In this document: positions 41,400 to 51,607 of the stretch, in pieces
How the letters are laid out: every line of letters begins with the position of its first letter
How positions within the stretch are numbered: the stretch's first letter is position 1
Assembly: GCA_965198005.1 (NCBI GenBank)
Contig: CBDAOI010000004.1
Coordinates: 800,001 to 864,000 of the forward strand
Reading direction: 5' to 3'
DNA from: Spirochaetia bacterium
GTDB taxonomy: Bacteria > Spirochaetota > Spirochaetia > SZUA-6 > Bin103
DNA: 64,000 nucleotides
Program-made: the position numbers and the translations under genes
The notes under the pieces: model-generated
What the model was told of the DNA's origin: nothing
Databases searched by the model: none
The model's input: only the letters and a program-made list of their open reading frames with translations

Positions 41400-42374
41400 A
41401 TGAGAACGCCGCATGACGTACTGCACCCGGGGCGCCCATTGCGCGCCGCGTACCGGCAATGCCGCAATTGTCGCTACTGGGTCGTCCAGCCGGACCGGTA
41501 CTGCGTCAACTGCGGCGCCAGCCGGCCGTTCCTTTCGGGGCGCACGCATCGCTCCCTGTGGCTGCTGTTCACCACTCTGTTGGGCGGGGTGCTCGGCGGC
41601 AGCGTGTTCTACCGCAGCTTCGACAACGTCCTCTGGCTGTACGGCTGTCTGGCCGGCTGCGTAACCGGACTCGGCTGGGGACTCGGACTGTTCGCGGAAG
41701 TGACCGCGATTCTGCAGCGCGGACGGCGGACCGCGTCCCTGCAGCAGAACGAATTGCGCCTGCTGCGCCACTTCACCGAGATCGAGCAGGCGTTGCGGCG
41801 GCTGGCGAATCTGCGGCGCCGGCTGGATTCCGAACCGCGGCACGCCTCCAACCAGTTCCTTGTCTCGGTGGTCGACCAGGCCGACGCGAAACTCGCCGGA
41901 GCGGCGCACCGCTACCGGTGCGAGCTGGCGAAACTGGAACTGGTGCGCTGGCGCAATCGCCTGGAACCGCTGGCCAAACCGCCGCCGGGGGTCGAGCAGG
42001 ATCAGCAGGCGCGGCTCGAGGCGCTTGCCGAACAGCGCGCGGTGGGCCGGAAGCTGCTGGCGACCTGGCGCGCGGCCGGGCTCGAGCAGCACGAGGTGGG
42101 GCGGCTGACGGCAGAGCAACTCCGGCGCTGGCTGGAAACCTGCGACCGCCTGTTGGAACGGCTCATCGCCAGTCAGGCGCAACGAGTGATCAGCGGCATG
42201 GCGACCGTGGAACTGGTCCCGCCGCCGATGCCGGAGGTCGAGCGGGAGCTGCGGCGGCTGCGCACCGCGGAATCGGCCCTGAGCCCCGACGAGTTGGAGC
42301 AGGTGCAGCACGCCCTCGATCGTCTCCAGGCCAAGGAAAGCCTCGACCTGGAGCTGCGGCTGCGCGACCCGTGA
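41400..42374 (+). CDS. Hypothetical zinc-ribbon membrane protein
   Basis: CRNC...CVNC, two TM helices, coiled-coil C-terminus. Confidence 0.7.
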   Translation: MRTPHDVLHPGRPLRAAYRQCRNCRYWVVQPDRYCVNCGASRPFLSGRTHRSLWLLFTTLLGGVLGGSVFYRSFDNVLWLYGCLAGCVTGLGWGLGLFAEVTAILQRGRRTASLQQNELRLLRHFTEIEQALRRLANLRRRLDSEPRHASNQFLVSVVDQADAKLAGAAHRYRCELAKLELVRWRNRLEPLAKPPPGVEQDQQARLEALAEQRAVGRKLLATWRAAGLEQHEVGRLTAEQLRRWLETCDRLLERLIASQAQRVISGMATVELVPPPMPEVERELRRLRTAESALSPDELEQVQHALDRLQAKESLDLELRLRDP

Positions 42375-42411
42375 CCGCCCGCACCGTGACCGCCGGCGGC
42401 ACCGGGTCGTA

Positions 42412-43062
42412 TCACAGGAACGGGTTGGTGCGCCGCTCGACCGCCAGGGTCGTAGCGGGGCCGTGCCCCGGGACCACGTAGGCCTCGTGCGGCAGCTCGA
42501 ACAGCCGCTGCTTGATCGACCTGATCAGGGCGTAGGGGTCGCCGCCGGGCAGGTCGGTGCGGCCTACCGACTGGCGAAACAGGGTATCGCCCGCGAACAG
42601 CAGCGGCTCACCGGTGACCTCGGTGTAGAAACAGCATGATCCGGGAGAGTGTCCGGGAGTGTGGATGGTGGTCAGCAGCTTGTCCGTGCCCAGCTCCACC
42701 TCGTACCCCTCCTCGATGAACCGGTCCACCTCGCCCGGCGGCGCCACCGGCACGCCGAACAGCAGCCCCTGCTCCTGCAGCCGGCGATAGAGGTCCTCGT
42801 CGTCCCGGTGCAGCAGGATCGGTGCGCCTACCTGCCGCTTCACCTCGTTCGAGCCGCCGATGTGATCGAAGTGGGCATGGGTGTGCAGGAGCTGAGTCAC
42901 GACCAGGGTGCGCGCGCGCACCGCCGCCAGGAGCGCCTCCGGATCGTCCCCAGGGTCGATCACGATCGCCTGCCGGCTGCGGCGCCGGTACACCAGCGAG
43001 CAGTTGCAGCCGAGGCTGCCGACCGGGAACGTCTCCACCACCACCGGGTCGGAGTGTGCCAT
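42412..43062 (-). CDS. MBL-fold hydrolase (glyoxalase II/YcbL-like)
   Basis: THAHFDH, HTPGHSPG, GDTLF, PGHG. Confidence 0.92.
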   Translation of the reverse strand: MAHSDPVVVETFPVGSLGCNCSLVYRRRSRQAIVIDPGDDPEALLAAVRARTLVVTQLLHTHAHFDHIGGSNEVKRQVGAPILLHRDDEDLYRRLQEQGLLFGVPVAPPGEVDRFIEEGYEVELGTDKLLTTIHTPGHSPGSCCFYTEVTGEPLLFAGDTLFRQSVGRTDLPGGDPYALIRSIKQRLFELPHEAYVVPGHGPATTLAVERRTNPFL

Positions 43063-43412
43063 GCCTCCAGCATATACCACCCGGCGCTCCGGTGCTGGCA
43101 GCGCTGGCAGCGCTTGATCCGTGCGCTACGGACCGGTCGCCGTCGGCGGCAAAGGTACGCGCCGCACGTGCGCTTGATCCGCAGGCTGCGGACCGATCAG
43201 AATCCGGTGCTCGTAATGCGAAGGATCAGGCGCTGTCGCATCTGCGTGCTCACGGGAGTGGCCGCCGTGCTCGCCACCGGCTTGGCCGCGGTGCTGCTGG
43301 CCCGCCTGCAGTGACGGCTCCCGGCGGCGCGCTGCCGGCGTCAGTTTCGTTGGCACCGTGCCAGCCGTGCCATGCAGCGCAACAAGGGCCGCGCGCCGGC
43401 GCAGGATGTCGC

Positions 43413-43467
43413 TTGACCCCTGCCGCTGCACATAGTTATCATAGTTTCGATTTTGATTAGTCAAAAT
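43413..43467 (+). promoter_or_regulatory. tro promoter and palindromic operator
   Basis: TTGACC-18-TATCAT, then attttga-ttag-tcaaaat (43450-43467). Confidence 0.65.
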
Positions 43468-43509
43468 TAGGATTTCTGAATGCGAAACATAAGCTGTTGC
43501 CGCTCCGGC

Positions 43510-44535
43510 ATGCGGGCGGCGGTGCCGGCGATCACCCTGGCGGCGGCGCTCGTTGCCTGCGGTTCCGGCGGCGAGCGGGTGGCGACGGCCGCGGTTGCCG
43601 GCGGGGCCGGTGCGGCGGACGATACGGCCGCGCGCGACCATCCGTATCGCGTCACCGCCACCATCGGCATGGTTGCCGACATCGTGCGGCAGGTAGCCGG
43701 CGACCGGGGCCAAGTGACGTCGATCATCGGCGAGGGGGTCGATCCCCACCTCTACGTGCCGACCCGCAGCAACGTGGCTGCCCTGATTGAGGCGGACATC
43801 GTGTTCTATTCGGGCCTGCTGCTGGAGGGGAAGATGACCGATACGTTGATCAGGGTGGCGCGTAGCGGCCGGCCGGTGCATGCGGTCACCGAGTCGGTCG
43901 ACGAGTCCGCGCTGCTGGCCCCCGAAGAGTTCGCCGGCCACTTCGATCCCCACCTCTGGATGGACGTGTCCGGCTGGATGCAGGCGGTGCAGGCGGTGGC
44001 CGAGGCGCTTGCGGCCTTCGACCCCGCGGGGAAGAGCGGCTACGCCGAGCGCGCGGCGAGCTATGCCGTGACGCTCGCCGAGTTGCACGAGTACGCCCGG
44101 CGCGCGCTGGGCTCCATCCCCGAGCCGCAGCGCATCCTGGTAACTGCCCACGACGCGTTCAACTACTTCGGACGCGCCTACGGTCTGGAGGTGGCAGGGA
44201 TTCAGGGGATGTCGACCGAGTCGGAGGCGGGCCTGGACCGCATCAACCGGCTGGTGGAGCTGCTGGTCACGCGGCGAATCCGGGCGGTGTTCGTGGAGAC
44301 CACCATCGCCGAACGCAACGTGCGCGCCCTGATCGAGGGGGCGGCGGCGCGCGGCCACACGGTGGTGGTCGGGGGTGAGCTGTTCTCGGACGCGATGGGT
44401 CAGCCGGGCACCTACGAGGGGACCTACGTCGGCATGCTCGACCACAACGTCACCACGGTAGCGCGTGCCCTGGGCGGCGAGGCACCGGAACGGGGCTTTC
44501 AGGGGCTGCTGTCGCACGCGGTGGCTGCGCCATGA
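43510..44535 (+). CDS. troA: Mn/Zn/Fe ABC substrate-binding protein
   Basis: GVDPHLY, DPHLWMD, TAHDAFNYFG, ELFSDAMG. Confidence 0.92.
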   Translation: MRAAVPAITLAAALVACGSGGERVATAAVAGGAGAADDTAARDHPYRVTATIGMVADIVRQVAGDRGQVTSIIGEGVDPHLYVPTRSNVAALIEADIVFYSGLLLEGKMTDTLIRVARSGRPVHAVTESVDESALLAPEEFAGHFDPHLWMDVSGWMQAVQAVAEALAAFDPAGKSGYAERAASYAVTLAELHEYARRALGSIPEPQRILVTAHDAFNYFGRAYGLEVAGIQGMSTESEAGLDRINRLVELLVTRRIRAVFVETTIAERNVRALIEGAAARGHTVVVGGELFSDAMGQPGTYEGTYVGMLDHNVTTVARALGGEAPERGFQGLLSHAVAAP

Positions 44536-45572
44536 GGCGCCGTTCGCCGGCACCGGCGGCGCTGCCGGTGCCGGACGGTCCCGGTGCGCTGGCTGCGACC
44601 GAAGGCGCGCGCCGCGCCGCCGGCCGGTATGGCGGCGACTCCGGCCGGGGTGAACGCGGCCCCGGACCAAGTGGCGACCCCGGCCGGGGTGAACGCGACT
44701 CCGGACCAGGTGGCGGCGGCGGCGACCACGACCGGCAGGCCGCGCCCGGTCCCGGCGCCGCCGGGGTCACGCCCGCGGCATCCGCGGTCGCCGACCCGGC
44801 GCGCAGCCCGCTGGTGGTGCGTGACCTCACCATTGCCTACCGCCGCCGGCCGGTGCTGTGGGACGTCGACCTGGCGGCCGGCGACGGGGTGATCACCGGC
44901 ATCGTCGGACCCAACGGCGCGGGCAAGAGCACGCTGCTGAAGGGGGTGCTCGATCTGGTGCCGCGCGTGTCCGGCTCGGTGACCATCTACGGCAAGCCCT
45001 ACCGGCAGCAACGGCGGCTGGTGGCCTACGTCCCGCAGCGGGAGAGCGTCGACTGGGACTACCCGGTAAGCGCCCTCGAGCTGGTGGCGATGGGCCTGTA
45101 CCGGTCGCTCGGCTGGCTGCGGCCCGTGCGCCGCGCCACGCGCGAGGCGGCGCGCGCGGCCATGGACCTGGTGGGCATGGCCGACTACGCGGGGCGCCAG
45201 ATCTCGGAGCTGTCCGGCGGCCAGCAGCAGCGGCTGTTCCTGGCCCGCGCGCTGGTCCAGGACGCACGCATCTACTTCATGGACGAACCGTTCGCCGGCG
45301 TGGACGCGGCCACCGAGCGCGCCATCGTCGAGCTGTTGCAGCGACTGCGGCGCGCGGGCAAGAGCGTGTTCGTGGTGCACCATGATCTGCAGACGGTCAG
45401 CAGCTACTTCGACGAGCTGCTGATGCTCAACCTGCGGGTGGTGGCGCACGGTCCGGTGGCGGAGGTATTCACGGGCGACAACCTGCAGAAGACCTACGGC
45501 GGCCGGCTGACCCTGCTCGACCAGGCGGTGGACGCGCTCGGCCGGCAGGCGGGCGCTCGGGGGGGCGGGTGA
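44532..45572 (+). CDS. troB: Mn/Zn/Fe ABC ATPase with repeat-containing N-terminal extension
   Basis: GPNGAGKS, LSGGQ, MDEPF, VHHDL. Confidence 0.92.
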   Translation: MRRRSPAPAALPVPDGPGALAATEGARRAAGRYGGDSGRGERGPGPSGDPGRGERDSGPGGGGGDHDRQAAPGPGAAGVTPAASAVADPARSPLVVRDLTIAYRRRPVLWDVDLAAGDGVITGIVGPNGAGKSTLLKGVLDLVPRVSGSVTIYGKPYRQQRRLVAYVPQRESVDWDYPVSALELVAMGLYRSLGWLRPVRRATREAARAAMDLVGMADYAGRQISELSGGQQQRLFLARALVQDARIYFMDEPFAGVDAATERAIVELLQRLRRAGKSVFVVHHDLQTVSSYFDELLMLNLRVVAHGPVAEVFTGDNLQKTYGGRLTLLDQAVDALGRQAGARGGG

Positions 45573-46939
45573 GCTATCTGCCGCCGTGGGAGCAGGTGCT
45601 GCGCGTGCTGCTCCTGAGCGACTTCAACACCCGCGTGGTGGTGCTGGGCGTGGCGCTGCTGGGGATGGCGGCCGGCATCGTCGGCACCTTCACCCTGCTG
45701 CGCAAGCGCGCCCTGGTGTCGGACGCGGTGAGCCACGCCACGCTGCCCGGGATTGCCGTGGCGTGGCTGGTGATGGTGGCCCTCGGCGGCACCGGCAAGT
45801 GGTTCCCCGGCCTCCTGCTGGGGGCCGCCGCCGGCGGTCTGGCCGCGGTCGCCGCGGTGCTGGTGGTGCGGGCGGTGCTGCGGCTGCACGAGGACGCGGC
45901 GTTGGGGATCGTGCTGTCGGTGTCGTTCGGGATCGGGATCGCGCTGCTCGGGTTGATCCAGCAGATGCGGCGCGGCTCCGCCGCCGGGCTGGACTCTTTC
46001 ATCTACGGCAAGACCGCCTCCATGCTGGCTGCCGACGCCCTGTTGATCGGCATCACCTCGCTGGTGCTGGTGCTGGTCGCCGTAGTGCTGTTCAAGGAAC
46101 TGAACCTGCTGTGCTTCGACGCCGCCTACGCCGCCGCCCAGGGGTTGCCGGTGGGGCTCCTGGACGCGGCCATGCTGGGGCTGGTGGTAGCGGTCACCGT
46201 CGTCGGCCTGCAGGCGGTGGGGCTGATCCTGATCGTGGCCCTGCTGATCACCCCGGCCGCCGCGGCCCGGTTCTGGACCCACGATCTGCGGCTGATGACG
46301 CTGCTGGCGGCGCTGATCGGCGCTCTCGGCGGATTCATCGGCGCCGGCCTGTCCGCGCTGGTGCCGCGCCTGCCGGCCGGCGCCGTGATCGTGGTGACCA
46401 TCGCGGCCGGGTTCGTGCTCAGCGTCCTGTTCGGAACCCGCCGCGGCCTGCTGCGGCTGCTCCTCGAGCGCCGCCGCAGCGACCGGCGCATCCGCCGCGA
46501 GCACCTGCTGCGGGCGGTGTTCGAGCAGGTGGAGGGGCAGCTCGGCAGCACCCCGGACCGCGCCGCCCTGGCGGCGGAGGCCGTCAGCCGCGCCCACCTG
46601 GCGCAGCGCCGCGGCTGGACCCGGGCGGAGCTGGACGCCGCGCTGCGCACGGGTCGCCGCGAAGGCTGGCTGCTGCCGGCGCCGGCCCCCGGTACCGTGC
46701 GCCTGACCCCGGCCGGAGCGGAGCAGGCGCTGCGCATCGTGCGCAACCATCGCCTGTGGGAGCTGTACCTGATCCGCTATGCCGACGTCGCCACCAGCCG
46801 CGTGGACCGCGGCGCCGACCGCATCGAGCACGTGCTGGAGCCGGAGCTGGTCGCCGAGCTCGAGGCGCACCTGGAGCGGCAGCCGGATGCCGTCGCGGTG
46901 GCGCCCAGCCCGCACGCACTGGCCGCGGGTGCGCCATGA
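45569..46939 (+). CDS. troC: Metal ABC permease fused to C-terminal DtxR-like domain
   Basis: DAVSHATLPG permease; RNHRLWELYL...ADRIEH. Confidence 0.88.
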   Translation: MSYLPPWEQVLRVLLLSDFNTRVVVLGVALLGMAAGIVGTFTLLRKRALVSDAVSHATLPGIAVAWLVMVALGGTGKWFPGLLLGAAAGGLAAVAAVLVVRAVLRLHEDAALGIVLSVSFGIGIALLGLIQQMRRGSAAGLDSFIYGKTASMLAADALLIGITSLVLVLVAVVLFKELNLLCFDAAYAAAQGLPVGLLDAAMLGLVVAVTVVGLQAVGLILIVALLITPAAAARFWTHDLRLMTLLAALIGALGGFIGAGLSALVPRLPAGAVIVVTIAAGFVLSVLFGTRRGLLRLLLERRRSDRRIRREHLLRAVFEQVEGQLGSTPDRAALAAEAVSRAHLAQRRGWTRAELDAALRTGRREGWLLPAPAPGTVRLTPAGAEQALRIVRNHRLWELYLIRYADVATSRVDRGADRIEHVLEPELVAELEAHLERQPDAVAVAPSPHALAAGAP

Positions 46940-48288
46940 GCTGGACCGCGCTCGACACCGGCATCGTCGGGTTGGCCGCGGTCAGCGCCATGGCCTGCGC
47001 GCTGATCGGCAGCTTTCTGGTGCTGCGGCGCATGAGCATGATGGGCGACGCCATCAGCCACGCCGTGCTGCCCGGTATCGCCGTCGCCTTTCTCGTCACC
47101 CTGAGCCGCGACACCGGCGTGATCGTGGTGGGCGCGGCGGTCGCGGGAGTGCTCACGGCCGCCTGCACCCAGCTCATTCATCAAATGGGCAACGTCGACC
47201 GGGGCGCGGCGATGGGTGTGGTGTTCACCACCATGTTCGCCCTCGGCCTGATCCTGATCGTGCGTAGCGCCGACGCGGTCCACATCGACGTCCACACGGT
47301 GTTCTACGGCGCCGTCGAGCTGGCACCGCTCAACGAGGTGACGGTGGCGGGCGTGCGCATGCCGCGCGCCCTGCTGATCCTGGGCGCGGTATTCGCCGCC
47401 GACTTGGCGTTCGTGCTGCTGCTGTTCAAGGAGCTCAACCTGACCTCGTTCGACCCGGAGTTCGCCCGCGCCATCGGCTTCGACTCCCGCCTGCTGCACT
47501 ACGCGCTGATGGTGATGGTGGCGGTGACCATCGTGGCCGCGTTCGAGAGCGTCGGCAGCATCCTGGTGATCGCGATGCTGATCGTGCCCGGGGTGGTGGC
47601 CGGCCTGTTTGCCCGCCGGGTGTGGTCGCTGCTGCTGGTCGGCCAGGGGGTGGCGCTGGCCTGCGCCGTCGGCGGGCACGTCAGCGCTATTACCGTGCCG
47701 CGCTGGTTCGGGCTGTCCGACACCAGCACCGCCGGCATGATGACGGTGGTGGCGGGCGCGGTGGTGGCGTTGGCGCTGGTGGTCGCTCCGGAGCGCGGCC
47801 TGGCGGCGCGCGCGCTGCACCGCGGCCGGGTGGCGCTGGCCGTGGGACGCGAGGACCTGCTGGTGGAGCTGCTGCGGGTGGAGGAGCGCGGCGGTCCGGC
47901 GCCCGGCCGCCGCGCGCTGGTGCGGGAGGAGCCGTCGCGCATCGCCGGCCGCTCCAGCCGCTTCGACCGCAGCCTGGCGCTGCTGGTGGAACGGCTGCGC
48001 GGCCGCGTGCAGCGCACCGCCGCCGGCTACCGGCTCACCGCCGCCGGCCGTGGGCAGGCCACCGACCTGCTGCGCAGCCACCGGCTGTGGGAGAGCTACC
48101 TGTTTGCCGAGGGCGACCCAGCCGCCGAGGTGCACTTCGCCGCGCACCAGCTCGAGCACGTCACCTCGGCCGGCATGCGCGCCGACCTGGCCCGCACCGC
48201 GGGGGCCACCGACCCCCACGGCCGCCCCATCCCCGGCGCCGCCGCCGATCCGGCGACCCCCGACCGCGCCTCCGGCCGCGCCGACTAG
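46936..48288 (+). CDS. troD: Metal ABC permease fused to C-terminal DtxR-like domain
   Basis: ATG 46936 overlaps troC stop; GDAISHAVLPG; RSHRLWESYL...AHQLEH...DPHGRPIP. Confidence 0.88.
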   Translation: MSWTALDTGIVGLAAVSAMACALIGSFLVLRRMSMMGDAISHAVLPGIAVAFLVTLSRDTGVIVVGAAVAGVLTAACTQLIHQMGNVDRGAAMGVVFTTMFALGLILIVRSADAVHIDVHTVFYGAVELAPLNEVTVAGVRMPRALLILGAVFAADLAFVLLLFKELNLTSFDPEFARAIGFDSRLLHYALMVMVAVTIVAAFESVGSILVIAMLIVPGVVAGLFARRVWSLLLVGQGVALACAVGGHVSAITVPRWFGLSDTSTAGMMTVVAGAVVALALVVAPERGLAARALHRGRVALAVGREDLLVELLRVEERGGPAPGRRALVREEPSRIAGRSSRFDRSLALLVERLRGRVQRTAAGYRLTAAGRGQATDLLRSHRLWESYLFAEGDPAAEVHFAAHQLEHVTSAGMRADLARTAGATDPHGRPIPGAAADPATPDRASGRAD

Positions 48289-48305
48289 CCCCGGAGCGGA
48301 GCCTG

Positions 48306-48485
48306 ATGGGTAGCACCGCCGCGAGCCCTCGCCCGGCAACCGCGCGCCGCTACCACGGACTGGATGGGTTGCGCGCGTTCGCCATGCTGGCCGGCGTCCT
48401 GCTGCACGCGACGCTGCCCTACTTCTCACGCATGGCGGGGATCGAGTTCATGTGGCCGGCCGACGATGACCAGTCACTCGCTATC
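48306..48485 (+). pseudogene. Acyltransferase-3 (OpgC/MdoC-like) 5' fragment
   Basis: RYHGLDGLRAFAMLAGVLLHA. Confidence 0.7.
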
Positions 48486-49549
48486 CGGCGCGGGCCAGGC
48501 ACTCCTTGAATGCTGCCGCCAGGTTGCGGAGCAGCGTGAAGTAGAGCTCGGGGCCATCCTCGATCGTCGCTCCGAGCGGGTCAATCGTGCCCGACCGGGC
48601 GGTCGTGCCTTCGGTGACGACGTCGATGATGCGCGCATCGAATTGCGGCTCGGCAAAGACGCACACACCGCCGAGCGCGCGCACCCGGTCGCGAATCTCG
48701 GCGATGCGCTGCACGCCCGGCGCCCGTTCCGGGTTGACGGTAATCGAGCCGGCCACGGTCAGGCGGAACCGGTCCTCGAAGTAACGACGCGTCATGCAGC
48801 ACGCCTGCGGCCGGTCGCGGACCGGGGCGCTCCGCGTCGAGCTCGGCCATCAACCTGTCGAGCCGGTCGATCAGAGCATCGGCGTTCGCCTCATAGGTCG
48901 CTACGTTCGCCGGGTCGGACTCGGAGAGCGCGTCCACGATTGCGTACACCATCAGCACCGCGTTTTCCGGATCGAGCCAGATGTGCAGATCGACCGCGCC
49001 GTGGTCGTGGTGATGCCCGTCTTCGTCGAGCTCGGCGTCATGCTCGTCGACCTCGTCATGGTCGTCCTGTTCGTCGTGATGGCCCTCCTCGTCATGGTCT
49101 TCGTCCTCGTGGTGATCGTCGTCCTCGTCGTGGTCCGCCCGCTCCTCGGCGTGGGCGTGCACCTCGAACGCCCCTCCCCGGCGCAATGGTTTGAGCGCGA
49201 TCCCTTCCGCGCCGGCCAACTGGACCACCAGCGCGTCGTCCCCGAGGTTGGCGATCGGACCGGCGAGCGCGACCTCCTTGTGTTCGTCGATCAGGAAGAT
49301 GACGCGGGCCTCGGCCAGCGCCGCGGCGTCGGACGGGCGCATGCTGAAGGTGTGCGGCGACTGGGCACCCCGAACGATCAGGTGCGGCTCGCCGGCGCCG
49401 GCCATCACCGCGCTCACCAGCGAGTGCACCGGCTTGATCGAGGCGACCACGTGGATACCCCCCGCGCCGACGTCCTCGCCGCCGCGGGCGAATGCCACCG
49501 TTGCGGCCAGGACCAATCCCACCGCTACCATATACAGCCGACTGGACAT
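48481..49549 (-). pseudogene. znuA: Zinc ABC substrate-binding protein, frameshifted near 48790-48830
   Basis: ASIKPVHSLV, SPH, His/Asp/Glu-rich loop, DLHIWLDP; C-terminus CVFAEPQF in another frame. Confidence 0.85.
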
Positions 49550-49655
49550 GAGTGCCCCCTGAACCTGGTTGAATCTGCTTGACCGCGTGCCGTGGCGACT
49601 GGTCGCGGAATTATGCAAAGGTCGTCCAGGAATGTACATTGGCCCGCATCCGGGG

Positions 49656-50348
49656 ATGACGCGACACAGCTCTGACGACCAACCGGAGTCCCACGCCGCC
49701 GCTGCGGGACCACTGGTCAGCGCGCGGGACATCGGCGTGCGGCGCGGCGAACGCTGGCTGATCCGGCACGTCGACCTGCAGGTGCCGCGCGGCGAGTTGG
49801 TCTACCTGATCGGTGCCAACGGCGCCGGCAAGTCGACCTGTGCGAAGTCGATCCTCGGCCTGATCGACGTCGACGAGGGGGCGATCGAGCGTGCGTCCGG
49901 ACTGGAGGTGGGCTACGTGCCGCAACGGCTGGCGGTGAGCCACACGCTGCCGCTGAGCCTGCGCCGGCTGATGAAGCTGACCGGCCGCTTCCCGGCGCGC
50001 GCCATCGACGCCGCGCTGGCGGCCGTCGGCCTGGAACGGCTCGGCGACCCGCCGGTCACTTCCCTGTCGGGCGGCGAGCTGCAACGCCTGCTGCTCGCCC
50101 GCGCGTTGATCCACCGGCCCGATCTGCTGGTGCTGGATGAACCGGCGCAGGGCGTCGACGTTGCCGGGGCACGCGTGCTGCACGAGTTGATCGACGGCAT
50201 CCGGGACGATCTCGGTTGCGGAGTGCTGCTGATCTCGCATGACCTGCAGATGGTGATGAACAGTGACAACGACGTCGTGGTTCTGGTGCCGCACGAGCAC
50301 GACGAGCCGGCCGCCGCCGCGCGTGACGTGGGGCCGGGGCAGGGCTGA
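49656..50348 (+). CDS. znuC: Zinc ABC ATPase
   Basis: GANGAGKS, YVPQ, LSGGE, LDEPAQGVD, SHDL; divergent from znuA. Confidence 0.85.
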   Translation: MTRHSSDDQPESHAAAAGPLVSARDIGVRRGERWLIRHVDLQVPRGELVYLIGANGAGKSTCAKSILGLIDVDEGAIERASGLEVGYVPQRLAVSHTLPLSLRRLMKLTGRFPARAIDAALAAVGLERLGDPPVTSLSGGELQRLLLARALIHRPDLLVLDEPAQGVDVAGARVLHELIDGIRDDLGCGVLLISHDLQMVMNSDNDVVVLVPHEHDEPAAAARDVGPGQG

Positions 50349-50351
50349 GCG

Positions 50352-50983
50352 ATGCTGGACGATTTTCTGGTCCGCGCGCTGCTCGCCGGCATCGGGCTCG
50401 CGCTGGTCACCGGGCCGGCGGGCTGGCCACCGGCCTCGTCATCCTCGCGTTTTTTCCCACGATTCGGATCGACCTGCAGGCACTGCTGTTCGGCGACATT
50501 CTCGCCGTTTCGCGCACCGACCTGGCCCTGATCTGGGGCGGCGGCGCACTGGTGATGGCGCTGCTGGCGCGGATCTGGCGGCCGCTGCTGGCGGCCACCG
50601 TCAATGCCGACCTGGCCACCGTGGCCGGCCTGCGGCCGGAGCGGACGCGCCTGATGTTCGGGCTGCTGACCGCGACCGTGATCGCCGTGGCGATCAAGAT
50701 CGTCGGCATCCTGCTGATCGTGGCCCTGCTGGTGATCCCGCCCGCCACCGCGCGCCGCTTCGCCGCCAGCCCGGAGCAGATGGCTGCCCTGGCCGCCGCG
50801 GCCGGTGTCCTCGCCATCGCCGGCGGCCTGTTCGCCTCGGCCCGGCTCGACACCCCCTCCGGCCCGTCGATCGTCGTCGCCGCCCTGCTGCTGTTCGCCG
50901 TTACCCGCTTCCGCCGCCCGCGCCCGTCCGGGAGCCGAACACCACGCCGGCGGCTTCCTTGTGAACCCGGCGAAGCGCCATGA
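50352..50983 (+). pseudogene. znuB: Zinc ABC permease, internal deletion/frameshift at ~50420
   Basis: MLDDFLVRALLAG..GPAG joined to IDLQALLFGDILAV. Confidence 0.85.
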
Positions 50984-51020
50984 GCGACCCTCCATCCATC
51001 CCCCTGAGTCCCCTGAGTAG

Positions 51021-51254
51021 CTATTTGCGCTCCGTGAGTCTGCGATATTCGTCGACCGTTATTTGGGCCGTAGCCAAGTTGTTACGAAGCACATGGTGCG
51101 ACACCTTTCGTGTGCCAACAGGGACTATTATCGGGCGACGTGCGCCTGCCTTTGTCATTTTAACATGCGATCCTTCTTGGCTGTGTCGCTCCCAACCATT
51201 CAACTCGAAGAATCTCAGTAGTTCTTCTGGTGTCGGCAGCCTCAGTCTAGGCAT
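51021..51254 (-). CDS. hicA: HicA toxin
   Basis: NGWERHSQEGSHVKM..IIVP. Confidence 0.88.
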   Translation of the reverse strand: MPRLRLPTPEELLRFFELNGWERHSQEGSHVKMTKAGARRPIIVPVGTRKVSHHVLRNNLATAQITVDEYRRLTERK

Positions 51255-51561
51255 TCGCCCCTTCTGGGGACTGCTGCAATACAACCGGACAACTCATCTC
51301 CATACCTCCATGTGGCTGTTCGTTGTTGTGTTCTGACAACGGCATCAAACCGCATTCCTTGAGAACGTCGTTTAGAGTTCCCATTTCGTAACAGGTAGAC
51401 AAGAAAATCTGGATTGCTTCGTTCAGATTGGTGGCGGCCTCTTCCTCCGTATGTCCCTGCGAACATACGTCAAGAGGGTTACAGTGCGACACATATAAGC
51501 CCGTCTCAGGGTCGTGCCATACTTTCTTTTCTATCTGGATCAATAATCCTGCAAACATCAA
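51247..51561 (-). CDS. hicB: HicB antitoxin
   Basis: YVSHCNPLDVCSQGHTEEEAATNLNEAI; accgtcac/gtgacggt palindrome upstream (51570-51588). Confidence 0.85.
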   Translation of the reverse strand: MMFAGLLIQIEKKVWHDPETGLYVSHCNPLDVCSQGHTEEEAATNLNEAIQIFLSTCYEMGTLNDVLKECGLMPLSEHNNEQPHGGMEMSCPVVLQQSPEGANA

Positions 51562-51607
51562 TACACCTCACCGTCACTCGGTGACGGTACTGATTCCGCC
51601 GTTAGTT

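Noticed and set aside
45586-48288. 900-aa permease ORF
   Set aside because: Upstream half is an alternative frame of troC; real start is 46936
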